In this document: positions 1-12,479 of the stretch, in pieces
Numbering within the stretch: position 1 is the first letter of the stretch
Layout of the letters: each line of letters begins with the position of its first letter
NCBI GenBank assembly: GCA_024626585.2
Contig: JANKJI020000001.1
Span: forward strand, 1,206,385 to 1,227,351
Reading direction: 5' to 3'
Length of the DNA stretch: 20,967 bases
DNA from: Ginkgo biloba
Lineage: Eukaryota; Plantae; Ginkgophyta
The notes under the pieces: model-generated
Databases searched by the model: none
What the model was told of the DNA's origin: nothing
What the model saw: only the letters and a program-made list of their open reading frames with translations
Program-made: the position numbers and the translations under genes

Positions 1-282
1 TGATATTAAATCTTAAGTAATATCACAAAATAAAATTAAATTTAGCTCATAATACTCTATATTCTCAAGCAATCAATTAATGGAAGAAGAAGAAGAAAAA
101 ATCATAGAAACAAAAATTGTTTTAGATCACTTGATTCACCACCACAAAACTATGTAGTACAATTACATTGTTAAAACTCTCCTTTCCCTAGGTAAAATTT
201 GACATCTTACCTTTTGCATTCAAGATTCTAATGGTNNNNNNNNNNNNNNNNNNNNNNNNNNNNNNNNNNNNNNNNNNNNNNN

Positions 283-380
283 CTAGAAAAATATGCATGC
301 ACTCATGCAACCACTAGAAAAGCTAGAAAAGAATACATATACTCATGAAAGCACAAGAAATGCATGAAAGTACTAGAACA
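283..380. repeat. Degenerate tandem repeat
   Basis: Recurrent CTAGAAAA, ACTCATG and CATGAAAG subunits. Confidence 0.45.
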
Positions 381-769
381 TATAATCTCAAATTAGATCT
401 CATGCAGACATGACTCTAGTGACTTTTATAGAATTTCGTCACTTAGAGGTTACATGGCCTTTTATTAGAAATTAAAAATTAAAAATTTTAACAAAGATTA
501 TTAGAACAATAACAATAAGAAGTTAGTAGGAGGTTTTAGGAAGCATGAATATCACCCACATTTTAACAATTGCTCTAAGTGGTTTTATATAATCTTCTAT
601 CCTCAACCTATGAAAAATATAAATAAAAAATATCCTAACTCTTTGTCTTCAAAATCAGTCCTTCACAGTAACTAATTCTCCATCACTACTAGATTTGTTT
701 ATATAAATTGATACTCCTTTATATATTTTCATAGCATTAATCCTCACCACTATTCCTTATTTTTTGTTT

Positions 770-1070
770 ATTCATCTCCAATGTTCATTATTTCTTATGT
801 TTCCTTCCCATCTCTGTCTCTTTCCTTTGTCTTATGTTTCTTCCTTACCTCTTTATGTCTTAAATCCTTAGTTATCCTTCCTTCTACCTCACATCTCTAT
901 CTTCCCCATATTTTTCATTCCATCTTCTATTTAGTATCTCTTACTATATTACTCTCATTCCCTCCTTCCATCATAGTTTTCTCCTCTTGGTTTCCATCAT
1001 CTTCCCTATTACTTTCCTTTCCTTATCCCTCCCATCTTTATCTCTCAATTATTATAGCTACTCTAAGTCT
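770..1070. repeat. Pyrimidine-rich low-complexity tract
   Basis: About 300 nt of mostly C/T with very few G. Confidence 0.6.
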
Positions 1071-3029
1071 CCTGAGCCACTATAATAAGTGCCACTGAAC
1101 TATCACCAAATTGCATTAATTGGAAATAACCAAAATTCATGTAGTCACTACNNNNNNNNNNNNNNNNNNNNNNNNNNNNNNNNNNNNNNNNNNNNNNNNN
1201 NNNNNNNNNNNNNNNNNNNNNNNNNNNNACTATAAGAAGAATGTCCTTAATCTAGATAAGAATATTATAATTTAAATAAATGATCAATTTTAAATGTCAA
1301 AGGATTTTTATAAGAGTTCTTTAATCTTTAGATAATAAGATTTAATTTTAATCATAAATCATTGGATTAAAATTTCTTATTCAACATTGAGCCCATACTA
1401 TTGGGATCTCCAAAAATAAATAATCCTACCATTAAATATGCAAATGATAACCTAGACATATTGAATCCTACTACAATATAAAATTTTATATTAACTAAAG
1501 TCNNNNNNNNNNNNNNNNNNNNNNNNNNNNNNNNNNNNNNNNNNNNNNNNNNNNNNNNNNNNNNNNNNNNNNNNNNNNNNNNNNNNNNNNNNNNNNNNNN
1601 NNATTGCATGGTTATTTTTAGAGGTTCTATTCATGGCTAATGGTTAAAATGTAAACCTCAGGGTAGGGAATCCTTAATCATAGGGCTTATTTGTGATTAT
1701 AGCATATTGAATTGTCATTATTATGCTCTTTTTTTTTGTTTACTTGCTCCTCTAATTCCCTAAAAACCCTAGAGAATTAACTTAGGGTAATGTATGAGCC
1801 ATGCTAAGACTATCAAGGGGACATATTAATGCACTAGAGTATAGTGCCTATATTAGAGGCATGCATTAGCCAATTCACAAATGTGTTTGGGTTTACTTAT
1901 AATGATTTTTGCTAAGAGAACTAGGTGGATCCCTAAGCTCAAGTCTACCTGCTATAGTTATTGGTGTAGTTGTGGGTCTAATGACTATTGATGTAGTTAT
2001 TGGGAGTGTGGTTTATTGTTGTATCCATACTTTCATGGCCTATTATCATAACCATGGAACTAATAGGCATTTTTAGTCTAGGGCTATTATTGTAGACCTA
2101 AGATTTGAAGCTGAAATTATAACTATTAGTGGGGGTTGGATAGTTCTCTTTCATAAGAGGTTATCCATGATGCTAAAAGATCGACATTCTCTTCTAGTAT
2201 GAGGTTGAGGGATGGACTCTAGTGGATTGGTAATGACTATTAGAGTATGATGGTGGTATTTTATACACCAAAGGTTTGGTTTCCTACATAAAAGATCCCT
2301 ATAGCTGGTCCCTATGGCTAATAAATAGTGTTGGAATATGCATTACAATCCCTTTTCTCTTAACAACCCTTCCCTATTGACTTACTAGAAGAACATGAAG
2401 TAACATAAATATATAAATATTGATTGTTAAGTATGATGGTTAATCAATTTTGTTATGGTTATGATTACGAGTTTGTTTATTTACATTCTCTTATGTCTTT
2501 ATTTTTTAGTAGGGAAGTAAGCTATTATAATTTAAGTGACATTATTATTATGATATAATNNNNNNNNNNNNNNNNNNNNNNNNNNNNNNNNNNNNNNNNN
2601 NNNNNNNNNNTTGGTTGAATTTTGCATTCTTGCATATCTACTTCATGTTATTGTTATGTTGCAATCTTCCCATGTTGATGTTTATTTAGTAAGTGACATA
2701 GAAAGATTCAACAACCAATTTATACATCTTAACGAAAAGGTCATACTAAAGTATTGAATGCTTGAGTTCCTTATGGTTAATAAGCCCATTACTTCCAAGG
2801 GAAAAGAATTGATGTATCCAAGATCACATGAAACACCTTTGCANNNNNNNNNNNNNNNNNNNNNNNNNNTTTTTTTATTAATTATATTATAAAGCATGCA
2901 AGACAAAGTAATTACCTAATTATTGATAGTCATCCCACTTTGTTAATAAGAGATTATGATAATTTTTTATCCTCTTCCTAAGAATAACTAGGATAAGCTT
3001 TGCCCTAGGATAAGAGCATTGACATATAA

Positions 3030-3100
3030 CAACATGCATGCACATGTAAGAGCATAAATACACATGTAAGATCATACACATGCAAAAGTATGCATTCACA
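3030..3100. repeat. Degenerate short tandem repeat (CACATGTAAGA units)
   Basis: CACATGTAAGA occurs twice, followed by a decayed CACATGCAAAA. Confidence 0.45.
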
Positions 3101-6100
3101 AATTTATTTATTTAAAGACTAGCTTATGAATGCTTNNNNNNNNNNNNNNNNNNNNNNNNNNNNNNNNNNNNNNNNNNNNNNNNNNNNNNNNNNNNNNNNN
3201 NNNNNNNNNNNNNNNNNNNNNNNNNNNNNNNNNNNTAAAGCATTAAATCAAGACTAGTTTTAAGAGAATTTCTCTGATTGTACAGTGACAGAGTCTTGAG
3301 TAGTGTTGCAACAGGTTACAATATTGATTACCCCCTTGGATTAATTCCAAATTGCTTTCAAAACACATTTGAAGGTCATTCCTTCATCCTCTTATTAAGC
3401 GGGTACATTAGCTTGAGTTTAGTGCGTAGCCACCCATTATAAGATTCACATTTTTTACCACTCCTTCACATGATAGTGATTGATGTCTTAGGATGACAAT
3501 TGAGAAGAGATTTGTTTAATTGACATATAGTCCTAACTAATTCACTTCCCTTAGATTGGTAAAGTTACAAGTGCTTCCTAATTCGACCATGATAAGTAGA
3601 TTGGATTCCCATCAAATGTGTTTATTTTCATAATCGTCTAAATTACTATTCAAATACTCAACTATCAATATACACAAATGCACTTAGAACTATAAAATAA
3701 AAATATGTTACTACATTTTAAGATGTGTTTATAAGGAGAATTATAATACTATCTATGCAACTCAACCATCTCAAGAATTTTATTTTGTCTCTAATAAGTA
3801 TCTTATAAAAAATAATTTGTTTAATCATTTTATAGACTAATTATATGCAATTATATCACTTAGCATAAACAAGGGATATAGTATCATCCTCACTAAGAGA
3901 AGACATTATATAAAATAATGGCATATTAAATGACATTAAATCACACAGCACTAGGTCTATCCTTACTAATATACACATATTATACATACACACATATAGT
4001 AACAATTATATATAATTCACACTATAAGCATATCAAACATGCATGATAAACATTTTAATATTAACCATGATGGGGTCATCACTTCCATATTCTACAAAAT
4101 GGCCAAGCCATTTTTCTTAACAAATTAGACCCAAGTGTACGCAATTGCATTTATATAAGTCAAATACATACTTCAATGCTCGTACTTCACAGTATAAGAA
4201 ATTGTAATGTTCCCTTCTTAATACCACTTGATTACTATCGATGTACAAGCCAAAACATATGAAATAATTCCATATTTAATCAACATGAAGAAAACTCTTA
4301 TGTGTATAGATCAACTATAAACTCTGATTATTGATTGTCACATGCCAAGCTTGCCCTCATCTACCTTACAACTTTACTGCATATGTTACCATTATGACCA
4401 TTTCAAAAAAATATTTTCCTTTTCTCTTTTAAGACTTAGAGATTTATTACATAAAAAAACATTCTTTTGAATANNNNNNNNNNNNNNNNNNNNNNNNNNN
4501 NNNNNNNNNNNNNNNNNNNNNNNNNNNNNNNNNNNNNNNNNNNNNNNNNNNNNNNNNNNNNNNNNNNNNNNNNGTTTTGTCAATCTTCACCAATTTGTAT
4601 GAAATATTGAATTCTATGCCCCTTGGTCTGAGTGAGGGGTCTTCCCTCCCCTCATCCTCTTCCATAATGCATGCATGGTCAGTCCTCCAGAGTTAATCAC
4701 CATCCTCATAGACCTATGCATTGCAAATTATGACCCCTGTTACACCTCAATTATTGTCCACTGTGTCTTCTTCCTATGGTCGCCACTATTACGGCATTTT
4801 CCATCCCTTAATGAGGATTATTACAAGATATTAATATTNNNNNNNNNNAGAAAAGTATTATTAACTTGATATGTATTATTTAATTACAAAATAACTAAAT
4901 TATTATCATAAAATACATGGATATTGGTTAACTATATCTATTACCTCCTATCCCTCTCACATTCCATAAGAGGATTTTTGTGCTCCATTAAAAAATTATT
5001 TGCATTAAACAGTAAGGTTTGAGATATTTAGGCCTCTACTTCTTGACCTTCCTCTTCTTCCCCTAATGTCAAGCATGGTTTGATTGGGAGGTGGAAAAAA
5101 TTTTCTTGGTGCAATCGTCATTTTTTTCTCTTTGATTTTGTTGTATCTAGATAGGTATTTCCTTGACCACACTACCCTCTTTAATGTACATGTCTTGAGC
5201 TAAGACATCAAACTTTTTTATGATTATGAATCCACCTGTCTTTGATTCCTATACTCCCTGTAATGGTTGAGAGATAACAACTCCTTAAGAGCTTCTCATA
5301 GCTCTTAATTTCTTAGCAAGTGTAGAATCCTCGATGAGATCTGACNNNNNNNNNNAAGATTTGATATTTTTTGCAAAATTTTATTTGCCTCCTGAATAGG
5401 AAGCGATCAGGACCTTTGACCATACTTAAGGGATGAACTTCCTCTTCATGTCACTCTAGTCCAACCTTTCTTAACTTTATCCTCTTTTTATCTCGAGAGA
5501 GGGCCCTCTCATTTTATTGTTTAATGACCTTCCTCCTTCTGCATGTGTACATTTTTCTCCTTGTACATGTAAATGTTTTCCTTGGATTAGACTTACTAGT
5601 ATGGGATCACTTTATTGTCATCTCCTTATTATTTTACAATGGTTCTTAGCTTTGGAAAAAACGTCATGTGACCTACTTAATGACATAGTGAGTATTGAAA
5701 TGGTATTCTCTCATAATATACTTAAACCATAAAATATCTATTGTTGACTTGAATATTAATTTATTCTTTAACTGGTTTATTTATATTCACCTCCACATAG
5801 ATTTTATCTATTACTCTAATATTATGATATATTGTATCATTATCACATAGAAGGAATTTTTATTGTAAGGATCCATTTTTTCACAATTGTTTCTCATATC
5901 TGAATTCATCTAAAAGATAAGAGAGTTTAACCCAAACTAGGATCTTAAGTGGACCTAGATTTTTTGGGATAAAGAATGGAGTCCACCATATGAGATCCAA
6001 ACTCAAGTTCCTAATAAATAATTACCCTCCATATAAGATAATTTTAAGGTCAATATGACCTAGGGTAATGCTACATTAAATGCTTCCCCTATGGTAGGTC

Positions 6101-6759
6101 ATGAAGATCTCTTATCATATAAATACCTCTTTAGGCTCAAGTCAAAGAGGCATGGGGGATATTTCATCAAAGTGATTCACCTATTATCATTTCTCATATT
6201 ATATCATTAGACTATGTCAAATCTTGTTAAGAAGTCTTGGATCATTCATGATATTTTATGAAGAAATATTATCACTATAACATTGCACATAATTAAGGCA
6301 TTAATATTATACATTTAGAGAATGTTTACATACCATGAAGAAGAGAAGAGGAGGTATAAAGGGTTTGTATCCATCTAGGGTATTAACACTTATTTAATGA
6401 TATCACTACATGATGTCACCTTATCCCTTTCATAATAAATTGAATATTCTCTTTACATTGAGTTATGTCTTTTTGGGTATACCATTTCTTCTTAATGCAT
6501 GATATCTTTATACTAATCTATTTATCTCCTTACATAATACATATTTCACTTTGTTCTCTTCTTATATTCACCTTAAAATTTTGGCAATTTGTCAAATAGA
6601 TCATCTTGAGTCATCAATGGAAGAAAGCATCTTCAAAGGAGAGTCATCTTGCATAAGGATTTCATTCCCCATCACACATTCATTTTTCCTATTCTTATGT
6701 CATTGATTTATTCATATTGTCTACATGTTCCATACGAGTGGTCTTCAATAAAAATACTC

Positions 6760-7800
6760 AATAAAATCCATATTACTGTAAATTATCTTTCTAAGATCTA
6801 GTCAAGTGAAAAGCTAGTAGGTGTACATGATGATTTTTCAAATGAAATCCTATTTGGATTGATGTAGTTCTAGAATGGCATGATGGTATTGGCAATTTTT
6901 TTTACCAATAGGGAGTTTCCAATTAATTTCATATAATCCCAACATTAAATTCTTCTTATGAAGGTAACACCATTTTAATTATTTAAGGTTAATTATATAA
7001 AATAGAAAATATAATTTAATGATGTGCAGCAAAGCATGAAGTTGTAATAATTATATGATCTACATGAAGGACTAAGTGTAATCCATATGGGAGGAGAATT
7101 AATATATTAAAAATTATTCAATGTAGGATTGTGATTTCCCACCCTTAGTTGGATTTACCAAATATTGTGATGAATGCCAATCAACTAGGAAACTGGCATA
7201 GAAAGATTATTTATCACTATATCTTATTTAAATCTAGGTGCCATTTATAAATTTCAAATTAATCTAGTAGCTAAGAAGACTAACATACTATATATGCTAA
7301 AGGTAATATATTATTCTACCAAGTGGGTGGAAGTAAAGTCATATCTGCATTCTACAACTCAAACAATAACTCCCTTTTTATATGAAATAATTATTTTAAG
7401 ACATAGGCATTTATTAAATTTGGTAAGTGGTTATCGTAAATATTTACTTAATAAAATAATTAATTATCTTAACATTGAATTTATGGTTACTTGTAACAAT
7501 TATAAACTCTATTATACTGAGGATAATAGACTAGTTAAGTCTATGGATAAAGTCATTTATAAGGATTTGACTAAATTTTATGATGTTGGATGTGCAGACT
7601 AGGAGGATAATCTAATGGAAATATTATAATCTTATTATGGAAGTTATAAGTCTATTGTTTTACAAATATCATTCTAGTTAGAATATGATATGGAAGTTTC
7701 AATACCAATGGAGGTTTAGGTCCTTAATTTCGGGGTGTAAATTATGATAAGGATGGATGATAAATATTTTTTAATAAATATATTGGACAATTTTCCTTGA
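6760..7800 (+). mobile_element. Highly degenerate Ty3/gypsy pol remnant (RNase H end, linker, integrase)
   Basis: Across stops and frameshifts: NYLSKI*SSEKLVGVHDDF, LEWHDGIGNF, LHEGLSVIHMGG, CDECQ (HHCC finger), TKWVEVK, YYTEDNRLVKSMDKV (from YYPQANGL.ES.NK), D*ED (from DWED). Boundaries approximate. Confidence 0.8.
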
Positions 7801-8239
7801 TAGAGATATGTCATTAATTTGTGATATAGCATTGACATAGGTTTCTCAAGATATGTGAATCCAATGTCCTCTTTGGCATGCGTGTGACATAAAAAAAGCA
7901 TGGAAATGACTTTGTATCGGAGGTATAGAATAAATCGAAACTTGAATTTGGAAATAATGAAGCAACACGGTACTCATGAAAAGAGAGGGGGTGAAAGAAA
8001 GAAAAAAATAGTACCATTTATTCTTTCGTGTCTCTCTTCATGCCTCAAATTCATGTAAAAATATTTAAACTACTTGCTATGCTTTTAGAGGTCAGCCGAT
8101 ATATATTTCATTCACCCACTAACGGCTTATGACAGCCTTCCTCTACAGGCCGAACGAACGAGACCAAAAAAAAAAACTAAATGTGGTGGAAGAACTTGGC
8201 TTGCATTTGGGCAGGCAGTTCCAACATCCAAACCAGATA

Positions 8240-8510
8240 CCACGTGCGCCAATTAGAGGAGAAAGAACGGGCTGTGGACCCACGTGCACAGGACACAGAC
8301 CGACTAACAATCCCCCCGCACTTGCAACATTTTCATTTATTTCTTTTCTGCACCATCATTCCAACTCTTCTCTCCAATAGACCAAACCAAATATCCAACA
8401 CTCGGAGTATATCGCATGTGCAATGGGGACTAAGGGATTTTTCCTATTAGCACAGTGGGCGGTGCGGTCTCTGCGGCTTCGAAGGCGGGGTTGAGCAGAT
8501 ATAAATAAAA
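8240..8510 (+). promoter_or_regulatory. Putative GDH proximal promoter
   Basis: G-boxes CACGTG at 8241-8246 and 8281-8286, CCAAT at 8249-8253, TCP-type GTGGACCCAC at 8274-8283, TATAAAT at 8500-8506. The region is CpG-rich compared with its flanks. Confidence 0.55.
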
Positions 8511-8647
8511 TTAATGGGTTACATGTCAATGGATCGAACCCACGGGACTCTCTTTGTTCTTTAAGACCTTGTTTCCAATAAGTTGCGCCAATACCAATAG
8601 AGGACCAAGAAGAAGATGTGCTGATAGGTCAAGGTTTAACTGTAGCA

Positions 8648-9200
8648 ATGAATTCGTCAATGGACGAGATGAATCTCCTTCAGCAGGCGCAGAGACACCA
8701 CTTGGTAGTTCGGGAAATGGGCGAGGAGATCGATTTGGAAATGGGTACCGGCGATGACGATCCCACTTTTGGGCACACCACCCCCACACTTGTAGGGATA
8801 CCCCAAGACCACCACCAACACCACCACGCCAATGAACAGGAGGAGCACAAACAATTGATCATTGTGGGAGGGCATCCAGAGCATCAGGATTTGGGTAAGA
8901 TGCAACAGCCCAGGAAAAAGAAGAAAGTGGTCAAGAAATGGAGGGACGAATGGGCAGATACCTACAAGTGGGCTTACGTCGATGTCTACGAGGGCACTAC
9001 CCGAATTTTCTGTTCTGTTTGTAAAGAGTATGGCAGAAAGCACCGTAGAAATCCCTATGGAAACGAGGGCAGTCGGAACATGCAAATGAGTGCGCTTGAG
9101 GAGCACAACAACAGTTTGCTTCATAAAGAGGCCCTTCGCCTCCAATTGGCTTCCAAGGATAAAACCATTTCTTCTGTTGAGAGGCCGATCTATGTCAAAG
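8648..9200 (+). CDS. GDH4: NADP-specific glutamate dehydrogenase (plant GDH4-type), coding exon 1: N-terminal extension with NLS and zinc finger
   Basis: ATG at 8648 gives MNSSMDEMNLLQQAQRHHLVVREMGEEIDLEMG...KKWRDEWADTYKWAYVD...FCSVCKEYGRKHRRNPYGNEGSRNMQMSALEEHNNSLLHKEALRLQLASKDK...IYVK, which I recognise as the N-terminus of plant NADP-GDH. Donor AAAG|GTCAGT at 9200/9201, phase 1. The ORF-track start at 8618 is a GTG. Confidence 0.93.
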
Positions 9201-10350
9201 GTCAGTATTATAACCATCCTTCTCCTGGTTTTTACTTTAATTCCACGCTATCAAAACAATTCAAACCATAGTTGACATCAACAGCAAAAGTTGTGAAATT
9301 TTAGGCCCCAAAACAGTAGAAATTGCTTAGGGTAATTTAGGTTCGAGCTCTGTTTTTCTAGCCATAGTTCTTGATCTTGATATTATAAGCTTGAAAATCC
9401 CTTCTCGGTCAACATGCTTCAAAACAGCAATGCATATATGTTTTCAAATTTGAACAGTTCAAAATTATATCAATGAAGTGCGGAAATTGCATTGGGCAGA
9501 TATTCAGTTCCCTCTCCTATTTTGCCATACCGTTCTAGTGCTTCTGGGTCATGTGGTCTTTTTCATGTCATATTTATTGCAAAGGATCCTATGTGGCAGG
9601 AATTGCAAATGCTCTCTTTTGAAAAATTGTATTTGTTTGGATTCAATTCTGAGTTTCTTTCTCCAGCTTTTTCCAAACATCCATGAACTTAGTCATCTTT
9701 AAATGCTAGAGGTAGGCCAACTGCAGCAAGATATCCATATATGTTATGATTGTTGCCTGTCTGAGGATGATTTCTGGGTTATTGGTGGGATTTGATATTT
9801 TCAATTTCTTTTGCTTCAGTGGGCTTAAGGCGTCAAATTTGACAAACAGGCACAAATCCTCAATAACAAGGCCTTTTGTGAATACAGCTTGTCATTTGCA
9901 AAATCAATTGCAATATCCTCCTTCACATATCTCTAAAATGAGAATACACATTAAGTTCTATACAAATACCACCCTTATTTTGAAGTGCAAAATTGACCTT
10001 CGTTTTCATTTGAAGGCAATTTTTTCCAGCCCTTTTAAGCCCAGTAAATGGCCTGGATCATCAATTGAAGATTCCCTACTCTAAGAAAATGGGACTGTGA
10101 TGGTGGTATGTTGGTGTTAGTTTGGGGATTTGGCTAAGGTTCGGCTCAATTAACAAGATCTTCTGCCAATGGATGAATTGAGGCAATCTGATTCCATTGA
10201 CCTAGCAAAACCGGAGTAAGCACCATTCTTTTGCATAGATCCCAGATTATNNNNNNNNNNNNNNNNNNNNNNNNNNNNNNNNNNNNNNNNNNNNNNNNNN
10301 NNNNNNNNNNNNNNNNNNNNNNNNNNNNNNNNNNNNNNNNNNNNNNNNNN

Positions 10351-10790
10351 CATTGTTGAGGATATCAACTCCTTGTTTGTCAAAGGATCACCAATTGTAT
10401 TTAGTTGATTTTTAATCTATTTTATGTGTTGAATGTGATCTACCATCTCCAAGCTTCTAACTATAAACCTTCTCATGAAGCATGGGGGATCTAGCATCAT
10501 TATTTGTTTCATACAAATTTCTAATAGCATGCCATGCTTCCTTTGGAGTGGTGATATCCTTCACATTCTCAATTATATTCTTGTTCACTACTAAATTAAT
10601 TAATGCAAGTGCAACCCTACTTCTAGCATCATATTATAATTGCAATTTGGTTTTAATAAGATCTCTTACTGTAGTTCCATCCACAAATGACCATAAAACA
10701 TTCAATAACAATAACTTTCTTATTTAGTGTTGCCATGTGCCATAATGTTTTGCACCAATAATTTTTCCTATGGGTGCACTTAATACATTG
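10351..10790 (-). mobile_element. Ty1/copia gag remnant (UBN2/Retrotran_gag_2-like)
   Basis: Minus strand reads HYGTWQH*IRKLLLLNVLWSFVDGT...ALALINLVVNKNIIENVKDITTPKEAWHAIRNLYETNNDAR...IKNQLNTIGDPLTNKELISSTM, the typical copia gag pattern. Confidence 0.8.
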
Positions 10791-11504
10791 CCACTAATTG
10801 ATTCCATCATGAAGTGAGATTGGCTCACATGAATAGAAAAAAAATGCATAAATATTTACTCCAAGTGCACACTAACACCACATAAACTATATAAAGGAAT
10901 TAGAAGATTCCTCATCACACCAAAAAATATATCTTTTTATTAATTTTAAGTGGTACAAGGGTTGCAAATAGCCTTAAAGGCTCAAGGATCTTTTACAATA
11001 TTTTTTTTAAATTTAAAAAAGAAAATAACTTTTTTTCTAAGGTCTAAAAATCCCTTTTTACAAGATAAAAAAGAATTAACTTGATCCTTATTAGTCAGTC
11101 ACTAGTCACATGTGAACAAAAAGTAACACAAAAAAAAATATTAAACCTTCTAAAGTTAAGACTTTAGGAAGAAATTATTTTTTTTTGTGAAAATTGGAGG
11201 TGGTGGCCTGCATGCCCGATGCTTCTCCTTCAATCTGATTTCTTCTTCGATTTTGATCAATCAGCCTTAAATTCAGCTTCGTCAATCCTGGTATGCCTTT
11301 GAGCGACTACCTTCTATGTCAAGTACGACTGTGTCAAGCCTCAAATGGTTGTTCAAATTGTCTTCTTTGGCTATTGTGCGTTTTCCTTCTCCCATCCACA
11401 CTTGCAACTTCTCTTTCGACATTTTTCTTGGCATTGCCCATTCCAATTCATGATTTTGAATCGAGGGTGGGCTCTCTCTCTCTAAATCATGATCACATAC
11501 CATA

Positions 11505-11662
11505 ATTAATATGTTAAAAGAACACCTCGTAATGCACAAATGCAAATGAAACAACAAGCTGATCAACATCATATAGAGCAAGAATTTTAAGTCAGTGACT
11601 GGGTATATCTGCCTCCACAACCATATAAGCAAACATCTGAAAAAAAATCCCATAATGAGAAA
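11505..11662 (+). mobile_element. Ty3/gypsy (chromovirus-like) post-integrase-core fragment
   Basis: LKEHL../NAQMQMKQQADQHHIEQEF*VSDWVYLPPQPYKQTS matches the AQ.RMKQQAD.HR....F.VGDWVYL.LQPY.Q motif. Confidence 0.8.
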
Positions 11663-11786
11663 NNNNNNNNNNNNNNNNNNNNNNNNNNNNNNNNNNNNNN
11701 NNNNNNNNNNNNNNNNNNNNNNNNNNNNNNNNNNNNNNNNNNNNNNNNNNNNNNNNNNNNNNACAAAATGCGGTTTCTCAGCGTAG

Positions 11787-12470
11787 TCATTTTGCCCTAC
11801 ACCAGATCTTGTTTAGGACTTTATTCGATTTCTTATTAGTACTTTCAACTATGCCATTGGCGTGAGGATAAAATGTTGTTGATTTCCAATGAATAATCAT
11901 AAACTCTTGTGTCATGAAACTCACACCTTGATTACTTACTATTTTGATCGGGCATTCAAATGAGTAATGATCATTTCTTAAATGAAGCGAGNNNNNNNNN
12001 NNNNNNNNNNNNNNNNNNAAGAGGGAGGGCCTCAACCCATTTGGTGATATAATCTATAGCCACTACTATATATTTGGCTTGTGTTCATTGGGTTGGAGGA
12101 CTAATTGGTCCTACAAATTCGAGGGACATTGGGCCAATATGGGATGTAAGGGTTGGTGATGTATTGCATGTGGTTTGCCTACTCTTTAACATACATCAAC
12201 AGCCAAATTCTCTTCATCCTTAAACAATCATGGACACAATAATTCAGCCAATAGAATCTTCCAGGCAGTGCTGTCGCTACCCATATGCCCTCCTGCTACT
12301 CCTTCATTGGCTGCTCAATTACACAATGATGTAGTACATGATTTGGCCCTAATCAATATAACACCCGTTCACTCAATTGATATGGTTCAACATGTCATGC
12401 TAGTTTTGACATTTTGTGCGATCTAGTTTGGGAGGCATTATTATGGTGGCCAAATATTGCACAATGACTT
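11787..12470 (-). mobile_element. Ty3/gypsy integrase remnant (non-chromovirus-like)
   Basis: Minus strand: NEGVAGGHMG...TAWKIL, FVGPISPP...KYIVVAIDYITKWVEA, PIKIVSNQG, HWKSTTFYPHANGIVESTNK. Confidence 0.9.
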
Positions 12471-12479
12471 TTTCTTTTT

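Noticed and set aside
781-1098. 105-aa hydrophobic ORF
   Set aside because: By-product of a C/T-rich low-complexity tract.
1690-2340. Possible gag-like remnant on the minus strand and a TGTTG LTR-like start near 2328
   Set aside because: Too degenerate; no intact zinc knuckle or paired LTR.
5930-6400. LTR-like segment with TATAAATA
   Set aside because: No TG...CA boundaries, PBS, PPT or partner LTR identified.
8657-9217. 186-aa antisense ORF and other ORFs overlapping exon 1
   Set aside because: Shadow frames of the real GDH exon with no recognisable motifs.
11150-11167. Hairpin CTAAAGT-TAAG-ACTTTAG
   Set aside because: 7-bp stem with no supporting context.
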